Shown piece by piece: positions 1 through 10,805 of a stretch of DNA of 42,510 nucleotides. How positions within the stretch are numbered: the stretch's first letter is position 1; each line of letters opens with the position of its first letter. A program made the translations under genes and the position numbers. This DNA comes from Octopus bimaculoides. Taxonomy: Eukaryota. The stretch is taken from assembly GCF_001194135.2 (NCBI RefSeq), contig NC_068987.1, positions 39,429,928 to 39,472,437 on the forward strand, written 5' to 3'. A model generated the notes under the pieces. That model had not been told where the DNA came from. It was given only the letters and a program-made list of their open reading frames with translations, and did not search any database.

Positions 1-107
1 ATATATATATATATATATATATATAATAATTTAATTATTAATTTTTCTATATGTGATAGTGGATTTTCATCAATGAGTTCTTGAAAATTGGTTATTTTCC
101 CTAAAAC

Positions 108-145
<38 letters not shown>

Positions 146-149
<4 letters not shown>

Positions 150-2900
150 ATATTATTAGGGACAAAATCCAAAATTACAGGTAAAAAACTCAATTAAAAT
201 CAATTTATAAAAAATTAAATTGAGCATAGTTCAAATTTACAGAAAACAAAAGACGAATGCAGATGTAAGAACAACAAGCAGGTGTATTAGTTTAACACTC
301 GGGAAAAATAGAAAAGTCTTTTTACATTTCGAGCCTACGCTCTTTGATAGAAAAGATTAAAATGGAGAAAGAATGAGAAAATAGAGAGGAAAAACAATGT
401 GCAGAGTTCAACGATCCAACATGGTGAGATGACTGGAAAAAAGAGGTTGAATGAAAGGGAGATAATAATAATAATAATATTAATAATAATGATAATGATG
501 ATGATGATAATAACAAAAACAACAACAATAATAACAATAAGAGTGTCAATGATCCCAACAATTCAAGGTGCACAAGCGTGTGTGTGTATGGGAGAATGGG
601 GCAAGTGTGTGTGTATGGATGTGTGTGTATGTGTGAGTATGCATATGGATGTGTACATGTGTGGGCTAAGGTGTATGTGTAGCAAAAGCATGCGCACGTG
701 TGTGTGTATGCTCTGTGTAGCAGTTGATGTGTTTGTTCAGGTGGTGTGTGCCCATGTGTATGTGTGTGTCTGTAACCAAATAGTATGCATGTGTACAGTG
801 TATGTTTGTGAACGAAAGTTATCTTTGTCTATGCGTGTTGCATGTGCTTATGCATGTTGCATGTGTGTGTATATATTGTCTGTGTTCAGGTATTAGGTGC
901 TTGTGTAGGTGTGGGAGCGTGCATGATGGTGTGTGGTATGTGTATTGAGTTAAGCAGGTTATGGGTTCGTTTGAAGGAGAGAAGGGGTAGGTTAGAGAAA
1001 ATGTGTGAGGTAGAGGGGTCGGACTGGAGTTGCCAGAAGGCTCAGAGAATGGTGCATTGGAGGGGTAGTATGGAGGGGTGGAAGGAAAGGGTGGGGTGGG
1101 TGTGATGAGAAAGAGCAGAGACACGGTCCACAGATCGTGCCTGGGCAAGGGCAGTGTAGATAGTGGTGAGGGGATATCTATGTAGGGTGAAGTGGCAAGC
1201 CATGAGTTGAGATTGAGTCTTGAAGTCATAGTCATCATGCAGTACCTGTGTAGATGGAGGAATTGGGAGTAGGGGATGGAGAGATTGGTGTGGGTAGGGT
1301 GAGAGGAGGAGGAGAAGTTAATGTATGAGTGTGAGTCAGTGTGTTTGTAATGGGTGGAGGTAGTGAGAGTGGAGTGATGTATGCTGACAGAAATGTCAAG
1401 AAATTCGATGGAAGAGTTAGGGATAGTGCAGGAGAATTTGAGGGCAGGATGGAATGATTGGACAAAGGAGAAGAAAGAGTCCAGATGTTCATGGGAGAGT
1501 GAGGTCACGCCAATTCAGTCAAAGATATAATGACTGTATAGCTCGGGAGTGGGACCAGTGAATTGTGAGAATATTTGGGCCTCAACATAGCCAACATATA
1601 GGTTTGAATAGTTGGGCTCATTCTCATTCCCATGGCCACTCCTGAGACCTATTGGTAAAACTCTCTCACGAACGAGAAGCAGTTGAGAGGACAAGTTCGG
1701 TCAAACAAAGAAGTGTGGAGGTGTCACGTTGTGGGTCTGGCCAAAGCTCAAGGAAGTGTTTAAGCACAAGAAGGCCTTCATTGTGTGAGATCACCGTATA
1801 CAAAGATTTAATGGCAAGAGTGAACAGAAGTTGAGAGGAGACTGAAGGGAAGGAGAAAGAGTTAAACAGATGGAGAACATGATTGGTGTTATGAATGTGT
1901 GAGGGAAGGGAAGCCACTGGGGGTGCAAGGACACAGTCGAGGTATTTGGAGATCATTTCAGTGGGGAAATTTATGGCGAAGACAATGGGGCAGCCAGGGT
2001 TGTTGGGCTTGTGAATTTTGGGAAGGAAATAAATAGTGGAGATGCGTGGGGTACAGACAATGAGATTGGAGACATTGGGAGGGAGACAGGAAAAGGAAAT
2101 GAGGTCATGAATAGTGGAGGACACAGTCTGTTGGTTGTTAGGCATGGGGCTGGAGAGCAGAGGGCAATAGAAGATGGTGTCTTGAAGTTGATGAAAAGCT
2201 TCAACCCTGTAAAGGTCTGCGCACCACACTACTACAGCTCGGCTGGTTTGATGACGATATCTTTGTGGCATTGGAGACATTGAAGGCTGAAAGTTTGGTC
2301 GAAGAGATGTTGAAATGTTGAGGATGCCTGTGAAAGTTGAACCTGTCCACAACACGTTGGCAGATGCTTGCAAATTGATCAACTGCTTGGAACTGGCCAG
2401 GAGCTGGCGTTCAGTAGGATGGTCGGTGACCCAGGTCAGTGAAGCAGTCTTCTTCATTAGATGCAGGAGGAGTGTCATGGAATAGTGCATGTAGCCTAAC
2501 TCGGTGCACAAAGTGTTGGATATCAGCATGAGTCTGAAACTTGTTACTAAATGGAATGAGAGGTATGTAGCACAGAACCCTGCTGAGAAGAGAGCGCTCC
2601 ACTTCAGAGAGGCGGTTTCAAGAGGAATGGTAACAACAGACTGAAGCGTGGGAGGAGGAAAGGTGGAGGCTGGGAGGAGAGAGAAGGAAGTGGTGTGTGG
2701 GAGGGTGGGAGTGAGGATGAGAGAGGAGTGGCTGTAGTGGCATTGGGTGGGACAAGATGAAAGAGTGAGTGGAGTTTATGTTGTTTAGTGCAAGTGAGAA
2801 AGTCATGGAGGAGGTGGAAGCATAAGGTGGAATGTGCAAAAGATGGTGAGCAAGATATTCACTGGCACCCCCCACTTCATGTAGTCTACCTCAGTTCTTT
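146..2900 (-). mobile_element. Degenerate Penelope-like retroelement: N-terminal region, RT, thumb, CA-rich stretch, pLTR-like 3' end
   Basis: Minus-strand ORF fragments show PLE RT motifs: YFLPKIHKPNNPGCPIV, KSLYTVISHNEGL, ALKFSCTI..IEFLDISV, HYKHTDSHSY, SIPYSQF. Many frameshifts and stops. Confidence 0.85.
317..356 (-). ncRNA. Degenerate minimal type-I hammerhead-ribozyme-like motif in the Penelope pLTR
   Basis: Minus strand reads TCTTTT-CTATCAA-A-GAGC(GTAG)GCTC-GAAA-T-GTA-AAAAGA: 6-bp helix I, 4-bp helix II, GAAA and a GUA site. The core differs from CTGANGA at three positions. Confidence 0.5.
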
Positions 2901-3559
2901 ATAGTGAGAGCAAAACAGAATGAAATAATAAAACAGAAGTTACATTAGAAACACAATATGCCAACACAAGTGCAAAACAAAAGAAAAAGAACAACCAAAA
3001 TATGCATTGAACACAGAATAAACGCTGAGATATTGTTCATGTAACAATGATAAGTTCAAAGATATGCAAACAGTTCTGTAGTTTTACTATTTTTTTAAAT
3101 AACTGTAAAAAAATGGGGGGGGGGTTGTTAACAGAAGTAAGTCCAAATGTATTTTGTTGGCCAATGGACTTTTCTTCCACTTTTGGTTACCCTGTCTGTA
3201 TGAGGTGCAATATCGTTGGATAACATGCTATTTTCTTATGTGGATTGTTTGGTGGTGGCAGATGAGGAATAAGATTGTTGTGGTAGGTGAATGGACTCAA
3301 CAAAAGCCTGCTTAAGTGGATCAGCACTGACAATCTCCTGCCTCTACTGAATATCTAAGACCATATAATTTGGTTTAGCTTTTAGTACACAGTACAGTCT
3401 AGAATAAAGAGAGTGCAAAGGATGCTTAGCTACATTGTTGCACATGAAGACTTGAGTCCAGATATTTGTGTCATACTGAAGTAAAATTTTAATGGTGGTA
3501 ACTCTGCCATGTAACTTCACCATGATGAATATTGTTTGTAAGATTATGCTGTTGATTAG

Positions 3560-4370
3560 CTGTTGTGACTACCATCTGACTCGGCAGCATAAGTGAACCA
3601 TACAGTAATTCTTTTGGGGAGTAACCTAGGTCTTCGTTAATAGTGGTACATAAACCTAGTAAGCAGGGCTTCTAACCAACTATCCAAATCTGTATATACT
3701 CATAAAGCTGCTTTAAGTTGGTGATGAAATGTTCTATCATTCTGTTAGACATGAGGTAACAAGCTGTAGTAGAAATTCTTTGTGTACCTAACAGATTAGA
3801 TAAGTCAAGGAAAAGACTGGAATTGACAACCCCTGTTGATTGTTGTCAAAGGTACACCTAAACATGAAATCCATTAGGCCATCAGAGCCTTTGCAACTTG
3901 TAAGGGATGAAATATCTTTAACTGGTATGGTTTCAGGATATCTGGAATAATTGTCTATACAAGCTGAAGGATACATTTTATCTTGTACTGGTAGTAGAGG
4001 ATCCACAATATCTATGTGGATATGTTTAAAATGAGCACCAGGAGTAGCAAATGTACCAAGTGGTGGTGAACTTTGGCTTTTTAGCAGGAAATACAATGCT
4101 GTACTCAATTACAAATGTCTTTCTGCATATTTGGCCATACAAAATTGGCTGAAACTAATTTCTCTGTTGCTAAAATACCAGAATGAGATAAATTATGAAG
4201 AACTGAAAAGACCATTTATCTATGATTTTCCAGGACATAAGGTTTAGAAGATCCAGTTGAAACATCATTCCATATGTAAAACACTAGATTGTAGTGGTAA
4301 GAGATGAAGATCTAGAGTAGATGACTGAATTTTGAAGTTGCAATAATTCTCCATTGCCTTTCTTTACTGT
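3560..4370 (-). mobile_element. Gypsy/Ty3 integrase remnant
   Basis: Zinc-binding region (FVWPNMQKDI..C..C), core motif FKHIHIDIVDPL..IDNYSRYPETIPVKDIS and HHQLKAAL-like segment; heavily mutated. Confidence 0.75.
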
Positions 4371-4399
4371 AGCAATTCTTTCCAAATTTCTAGTATCAG

Positions 4400-4572
4400 C
4401 AGAATGCAAAGCTCTCAACCACATAATTCTAGGTTCAGTCCCACTGCATGGCACTTTGGTTGAGAATTTTCTACTATAGCCTCAGAGTGACCAAAGCCTT
4501 GTGAGAGTATTTGATAGATGGAAATTGAAAGTAAACCTGTCACATGCATGTGTGTGTGTGTGTGTGTGTGTT

Positions 4573-4650
<78 letters not shown>

Positions 4651-4870
4651 AGTCTGTGTTTGTCCTTCACTACTGTTTGACAACTGGTGTTGGTATGTTT
4701 ACATCTCTATAACTTAGTGGTTTGGCAAAAGAGACTGATAGAATAAGTAGCAGGTTTAAAAAATAAAAATAAGTACTGGGGTTGATTCATTTGATTAAAA
4801 TTCTTCAAGGCAGTATCCCAACATGACTGCAGTCTGATGACTGAAACAAGTAAAAGAATAGAAGAATAAT
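4400..4870 (+). mobile_element. tRNA-type composite SINE with internal (GT)n
   Basis: Head ggttcagtcccactgcatggcacttt, central (GT)n 4548-4648, 3' body aacttagtggtttggcaaaagagac..., tail aagtaaaagaata. Confidence 0.7.
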
Positions 4871-5269
4871 GTATCTGTTGCAGAATTTTCAACACTCTTG
4901 ATATGAATATCCACAGTAAACTGTGAAATATAAGCAAGGTGTCTAATGTCTCTTGGAGAGTATTTATCCATTTTGGATTATAATGTGTAGCTTAATATTT
5001 TATGATCGTATAAATGGCAAATGTTCTTCAAATAAATTGCCAATACTTTTGTCCAAATGTGCAATATCTTATTTCAGCTAACTTAAAATGTTTCCAAAAA
5101 AAAAAAAGAAGAAAGAGGTTGTCAGGAATTTTGGATAAACCGCTACAGTACTCCACCGATTCCAATCTCAGATGCATCTACCATCAATGACAGAGTTGCA
5201 TCTGGTTAGTAGGGTAATTCTAGTTAATTTTTCTTTAATGTCACTAAAAGACTGTAATTCTGTTGGAGT

Positions 5270-5392
5270 TAGAGAAACAGTTTCATTTTAAGCCTGTTAC
5301 TTATTCTAATGGTTTCTTTTTGCCAAGCCACTAAGTTATCGGGACTGAACCCAGAACCATGTGGTTAGAAAACAAACTTCTTACCATACAAC

Positions 5393-5395
<3 letters not shown>
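5270..5395 (-). mobile_element. Internally deleted copy of the same composite SINE
   Basis: The reverse complement joins the tRNA-like head (..ggttctgggttcagtccc) directly to the 3' body (gataacttagtggcttggcaaaaag). Confidence 0.6.
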
Positions 5396-5424
<29 letters not shown>

Positions 5425-5681
5425 TACACTCGTACATATGCATATTTATATATACATCTATGCATGAGCATGTGTGTGTGTATGTGTGTGTGCACGTGTA
5501 TGTGTGTATGTGTGTGTGTGTGTATGTGTGTGTGTGTATGTGTGTGTGTGTGTTATTCTTTGCTTGGAAAAAGAAATAAGGGTCAGTTTCAGGAAGAGTA
5601 AGCATGGAAAAATAGACTAAAATGAAAGAATATCCATATATATCCAGAGAGGAAGCACACACACTAAGATGTAGAGCAGTT

Positions 5682-5904
5682 TATATATTTGTGGGGAAGG
5701 CTGGTTTATGGGATTACTGTGGGTTTCCCATCCATAAAGGGTTTAACATTATGGCATATTGTCAGATCCCAAAACCTGTTGGCCTAAGACTTTAGGTCTT
5801 AGGCCAACAGGTTTTGGGATCTGACAATATGCCATAATGTTAAACCCTTTATGGATGGGAAACCCACAATAATCCCATAAGCTAGCCTTCCCCACAAATA
5901 TATA
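5682..5904. repeat. Near-perfect 223-bp palindrome (109-bp arms, 5-nt loop); possible palindromic MITE
   Basis: Arms 5682-5790 and 5796-5904 are reverse complements with three transition mismatches; loop TTTAG; TA-rich ends; abuts an N-gap. Confidence 0.85.
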
Positions 5905-6352
5905 NNNNNNNNNNNNNNNNNNNNNNNNNNNNNNNNNNNNNNNNNNNNNNNNNNNNNNNNNNNNNNNNNNNNNNNNNNNNNNNNNNNNNNNNNNNNNNNN
6001 NNNNNNNNNNNNNNNNNNNNNNNNNNNNNNNNNNNNNNNNNNNNNNNNNNNNNNNNNNNNNNNNNNNNNNNNNNNNNNNNNNNNNNNNNNNNNNNNNNNN
6101 NNNNNNNNNNNNNNNNNNNNNNNNNNNNNNNNNNNNNNNNNNNNNNNNNNNNNNNNNNNNNNNNNNNNNNNNNNNNNNNNNNNNNNNNNNNNNNNNNNNN
6201 NNNNNNNNNNNNNNNNNNNNNNNNNNNNNNNNNNNNNNNNNNNNNNNNNNNNNNNNNNNNNNNNNNNNNNNNNNNNNNNNNNNNNNNNNNNNNNNNNNNN
6301 NNNNNNNNNNNNNNNNNNNNNNNNNNNNNNNNNNNNNNNNNNNNNNNNNNNN
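5905..6352. other. Assembly gap (N run)
   Basis: Run of N, flanked by the palindrome and a (GT)n tract (6353-6426). Confidence 1.
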
Positions 6353-6434
<82 letters not shown>

Positions 6435-7013
6435 ATCAATATGGATATAAAAAATGAATATGAAAGAAAGGGAAGAGTGTACTGTTTAATGAAAATGGAG
6501 TGTTGTACTTTATTTTATTGGAAGCTGAAACTGCAGAAATTGTGTCTCTGAGTTTCTCCTTTATAAACTTCAGATAAAAATTAGTCGTCCAATATTTGGA
6601 AATGTGAAGTTTAGACTAATGACTTATGAAGTTTCAACTTCCAATAACATCATGTATGTGTGTGCACATGTCTATAGCTGTTGTCACTGGAAAATTCCTC
6701 ACATTGTTTCACTGAAGCCTTTTTCTGCAGTTAGTGTTGATTTATTTGCCAATTCATTTGTTCTTTTTTTTTTCCATTGATCAGCTTTGTTGATATTTAT
6801 CTGTATACTGTTTTCCCTGACCAGGTCAGTAATCATTCTATCATTACTTGTCACTTGCGTAATGTCATCCTATTTTGCTAAACCATGTTTTGTTTTTGCT
6901 AGAGTTGTTTATTGTTCATTCATTGACCACTTCAGTTGTTGTCTTGTATCTACCTGTCTGTTACACCATTCATATCCTGTTTCATTAAATTTTTAATTCT
7001 GTCTACTTCATAA

Positions 7014-7048
<35 letters not shown>

Positions 7049-7120
7049 TATTATTATTATCTATATATATATGCATGCAAGCATGTGTGTAATAGGTTAA
7101 TATTTTTGATTCCCTGACAG

Positions 7121-7276
7121 AGTATCGCACTATTCATTGCCTGCTTGTGCCATGATCTTGATCATCGTGGTAAAACTAATCAATTCATGAAATTGTCTGA
7201 ATCTCCACTAGCAGCACTGTATACAACTTCAACAATGGAACATCACCACTTTAATCAGACCGTTACCATCTTGCAG
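7121..7276 (+). CDS. PDE10A: PDE exon (phase 0-0): [52 protein letters not shown], metal-binding HD motif
   Basis: Acceptor ccctgacag, donor CAG|gtttgt, 156 nt. Contains the PDEase signature HDLDHRG. Confidence 0.95.
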
Positions 7277-7622
7277 GTTTGTATTCATAACTGTCATCAC
7301 ATTCCAGTTTCTTTTCAGCTTTTTATGTAACTTATGTTGTTTTTGGGAGTGCAACTTTTATTTCTTTGTAAGTAAATCTAGTGAATCATTGTGATAACAC
7401 TTTCATTTCTTTGTGCAAAAGTTTTGCAAAAGTTTTACTGAATGTTTTCTTGCCAACCAATGTGTTTATTTTTCATTGTGAATGAGAATATACGGCAAAA
7501 GATGTGTTTTTAATGTAAAGCAAAGGATATGTTTTTAATGATATTAAAAGACACAACAAAATTAAAACAACTATTTATTGAAATAGGGCTAATAAATACA
7601 ACTATTGTGTGTGATTATATAT

Positions 7623-8720
7623 ATCATCATCATCATCATCATTTAACGTTTGTTTTCCATGTTGGCATAGATTGGATGGTTTGACCAGAGCTGGACCAGA
7701 TTCCAGTATTATTTGGCTTGGTTCCTATAGGTGGATGCCCTTCCTAATACCAACCACCTTACAGATTATTCTGGGTGCTTTTTATATGGCACTGGCACAA
7801 GTGCTTTTTATATGGCACCAGCATGGATGCCCTCTATGTAGCCTAGTATGGGAGCTTGTTACTTGGCCTGGCATGGGTGCTTGCTTTTTACACAGTCTAG
7901 CATGGGTACTTTTTATGTGGAATTGGCACAGTACTTTTTACATGAACCAGTGCAGATAATGCTTCATGGCACCAGCATTGGTTCTTTTTACATGGCACAA
8001 AGCTCTTGCAAAGCAAAATCCCTTTCAGCTAAGAGGGAGCATTAATAATTTTTCTGTAGCAAAAAAGTCTTCTTGAGAACAGCATGGTGCCAGATATCAT
8101 GGTCCTTTGTCACCTCCTTTGTAAAGCTCAGTGTCCTGAGATCAGCCTTCAGTACTTGGATCTCCCTCTTCCATAAGCTCCATCCACTTTAAGTGATTGG
8201 CACTTCTTTATGCCACTGTCTACATTCATCAACATGACATGACCAAACCAGTCCAGTCTTCTCTCTCTCACACTACTCCTAATTCCTTTTATGCCTAACT
8301 TTCCTCTCAATACACTAGCACTCTGTTGCACGTGTACACGTACATTGCACATCCAGCAGAGCACATACTAGCTTTATTCCTCTCTAGCTTTTGCTTGTCC
8401 TCTGCATTCAGAGCTCACATCTCACTACTATGTTGTATTGCTGTTTTGTATATATGCATCATACAATTTTCCTTTCATTTGGAGAGACATTTGGTTGCCA
8501 ACAAACATAAAGGCTCTCTGAATTGTCTCCATCCTCTTCTTATTCTAGTGATTACTCTTTCTGTACATCCCCCACTTTACTAATTAGGTCCCTTATGTAG
8601 CAGAAATTATCCACTACCTTTAAAGAACCTCTGGAGTATTTGAGAAAATCAATTTCTTGTGTATTTGTAGTTTTTATGGCTCATGTGCATCTTCCACATA
8701 GAAACACTACTTTCTCTGAT
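7623..8720 (-). mobile_element. RTE-type LINE, 5'-truncated: RT C-terminus, repetitive 3' UTR, (GAT)n tail
   Basis: ORF 8149-8364 (RERRLDWFGHVMLM..KKCQSLKVDGAYGRGRSK). 3' UTR has short gtgcttttta(t/c)atggcac units. The (CAT)n-ttaacg end is shared with 42314-42510. Confidence 0.8.
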
Positions 8721-8729
8721 AACCCTCTC

Positions 8730-9640
8730 ATATCCAAGTGGTTTCTTTTTTTAGTAGATCTTGGAGTGGTTTGGTTGTCTGCTAAATTCTCAGTGAATTT
8801 GCCAACATGATTTGCCATACCGAGCAACCTTCTTAGCTCAGATACATTTTGTGGTCTGGTCAGTTCCTTTATTACTTTTACTTTTTCAGGATCTACTCAG
8901 ATTCCTTCTTTGGATATTATATGACCCAGAAATTTCACCTCACTAGCAGAGAATAAACACTTTTCATTTAGTGTTACCCCTGCTGCTTTCATTCTTTGTA
9001 GAACCTTTTGTACCCTATGGTCGTGCTCTTGTTGTGTTTTTCCACTAACCAGAACATCATTTATGTCACAAATGAACCCTGGTATTCCTGACACAATGTG
9101 TGACATTTCTCTGTGGAAAATTTCTGGTCCGGAGCTTATTCCAAAAGGTAACCATAAATAACAGAATCATTCATACGGTGTGATGAAAGTGGTAAGTTCC
9201 TGTGAATCTTCATGCAGAACTATTTGGTGGAAACCACTGTTACAGTCAAGTTTCGTGAACACTGTGGTTCCTTCAAGTTCAGCAAGAAGTTGATCAGTTG
9301 AAAGAAGTGGAAAATTTTCCCTTTTCACACTTTCGTTTAATTTAGTGTAGTTAACATAAAGTCTGACTTCCATCTTTTTTCGGGACTGCTACAATGGGAG
9401 CACACCAGTCTGACGGGGACTTCACTGGACAGATAATTTTCTCTTTTTCCACTTGCTTTAACTGTTGCTGGACTTTCTTCATCATGGGAAGTGGTAGTTG
9501 TCTGGGGGTGGTGTTTGAGAAAGGTTGAGCTTTTTCATCCAAGTAAATTTTGTATCCATGGCTCAATTTTCCTAGGCCTGTAAACACACTGGGAAAGTCT
9601 TTTTTGTATTGGAAAGCTTCTCGTGAATATTTAACTGAAT
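8730..9640 (-). mobile_element. Gypsy (K02A2.6/Mag-like) RT remnant
   Basis: WCAPIVAVPKKDG, VRLYVNYTKLN, FTKLDCNSGFHQI, TTFITPY, ICDINDVLV and VKFLGHIISKEGI, split over frameshifts. Confidence 0.85.
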
Positions 9641-10129
9641 ATTTATTGCCAGACATAAAGATATTTAGTGTTGGCTATATATATTTGAACTATATAAATA
9701 ATTTCTTACTGGCAGAGAGGAAAACTGCTCTGAAATTATAGAAAGCTATCTATGTGGCAACATGAGGTCAGTCCAAAAAATATACAAGGTCATCTGTGCA
9801 AATCTCTGTGGTGATGGAGGTCCCTTAGCTGTCTGTGTGGCACCTTCAACAATCTGCAATTAATTGAGTGCCAAAGCAGTTTTTTATAGGGAACAAGAAC
9901 ATTCAAGAAAACCATCTAATGCCACAGCCTTATGTTGAGTAGTCAGTTTATAGACCAATTATATGAAATTATGGTGTTTGACTGAATATCTAGTGGTTAA
10001 GTTTGGAATCATCCCTACAATATTATTAAACTTGTGGTCTTCTAAAACATTCGGCTTGAGCTAATAGCTTTCTACCGCCAAGAATAATTATGCTTATATA
10101 TGAAAGGGCTTATAGCGGACTTTTAGTAT

Positions 10130-10519
10130 TCTTCCAGTTTCATGTTCCAGCTTTTGCCTTTCATCCTTTTGAGGTCAATGAAATAAGTACCAATTGAGTA
10201 CTGGGTTCAATGTAATCAACTAGCCTCCTCCCTCAAAATTTCCCTTTCTACTGTAGGCTCTTGTGCCTACAGTACAAAAGATTATTATTAAAGCAGCAAG
10301 CTGGCAGAATTGTTAGTGTGTCAGGAAAAATTCTTAATAGCATTTTTTCTAGCCATACATTCTAAGTTTAAATGCTGATGAGGCTGACTTTATTTTCCAT
10401 CCTCCTAGGGTTGATAAAATAAATAAATACCAGTTGAATATTAGGGTTGATGTAATCGATTTATCCATTCCCGAAAGTTGCTGGCCTTGTTCCAAAATTT
10501 GAAAAGATTATTATTATTT
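10130..10519 (+). mobile_element. Two tandem tRNA-type SINEs (gctggcagaa...ataagtacc...(ATT)n family)
   Basis: Shared core cctttcatcc...aaataagtacca.ttgagtactggg and (ATT)n tails at about 10281 and 10507. Confidence 0.8.
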
Positions 10520-10520
10520 T

Positions 10521-10805
10521 AGAGGTTGTACAGTATTCCATGATGCTGTTGATTGAAGATATTGTGTCTATTAGGGGTTTGTACTATCTGTCAAGTTACA
10601 AGGACCTCAGGCAGTAAGCTGGGTTTTATGCCTATTTCCTCTATCCATCTGTTCTGATCTTTAGGGATAGTTCCCAATTCACCTATAACTACTGGGATAC
10701 ATTTTACTCGCACTTTCCATAGTCTCTGTAACTCAATGGCTAGGTCCTGGTATTTTGCTGACAAGCTATTTTGGCAATTGTATACAGACGTCGTTGTCCC
10801 CTTGA
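10521..10805 (-). mobile_element. 3' end of an R4/Dong-like REL-endonuclease LINE
   Basis: Minus frame KYQDLAIELQRLWKVRVKCIPVVIGELGTIPKD; the 3' UTR runs into the ATT/AAT tract. Confidence 0.75.

Noticed and set aside
5882-6439. Long ORFs full of X (also 20148-20898, 29266-29877)
   Set aside because: Artefacts of reading through N-gaps.
6574-6653. Possible upstream PDE exon (ttcag acceptor, gtatgt donor, open frame IKISRPIFGNVKF..)
   Set aside because: 80 nt with the wrong phase for the phase-0 acceptor at 7121, and no similarity to the expected YHNxxH-containing exon.
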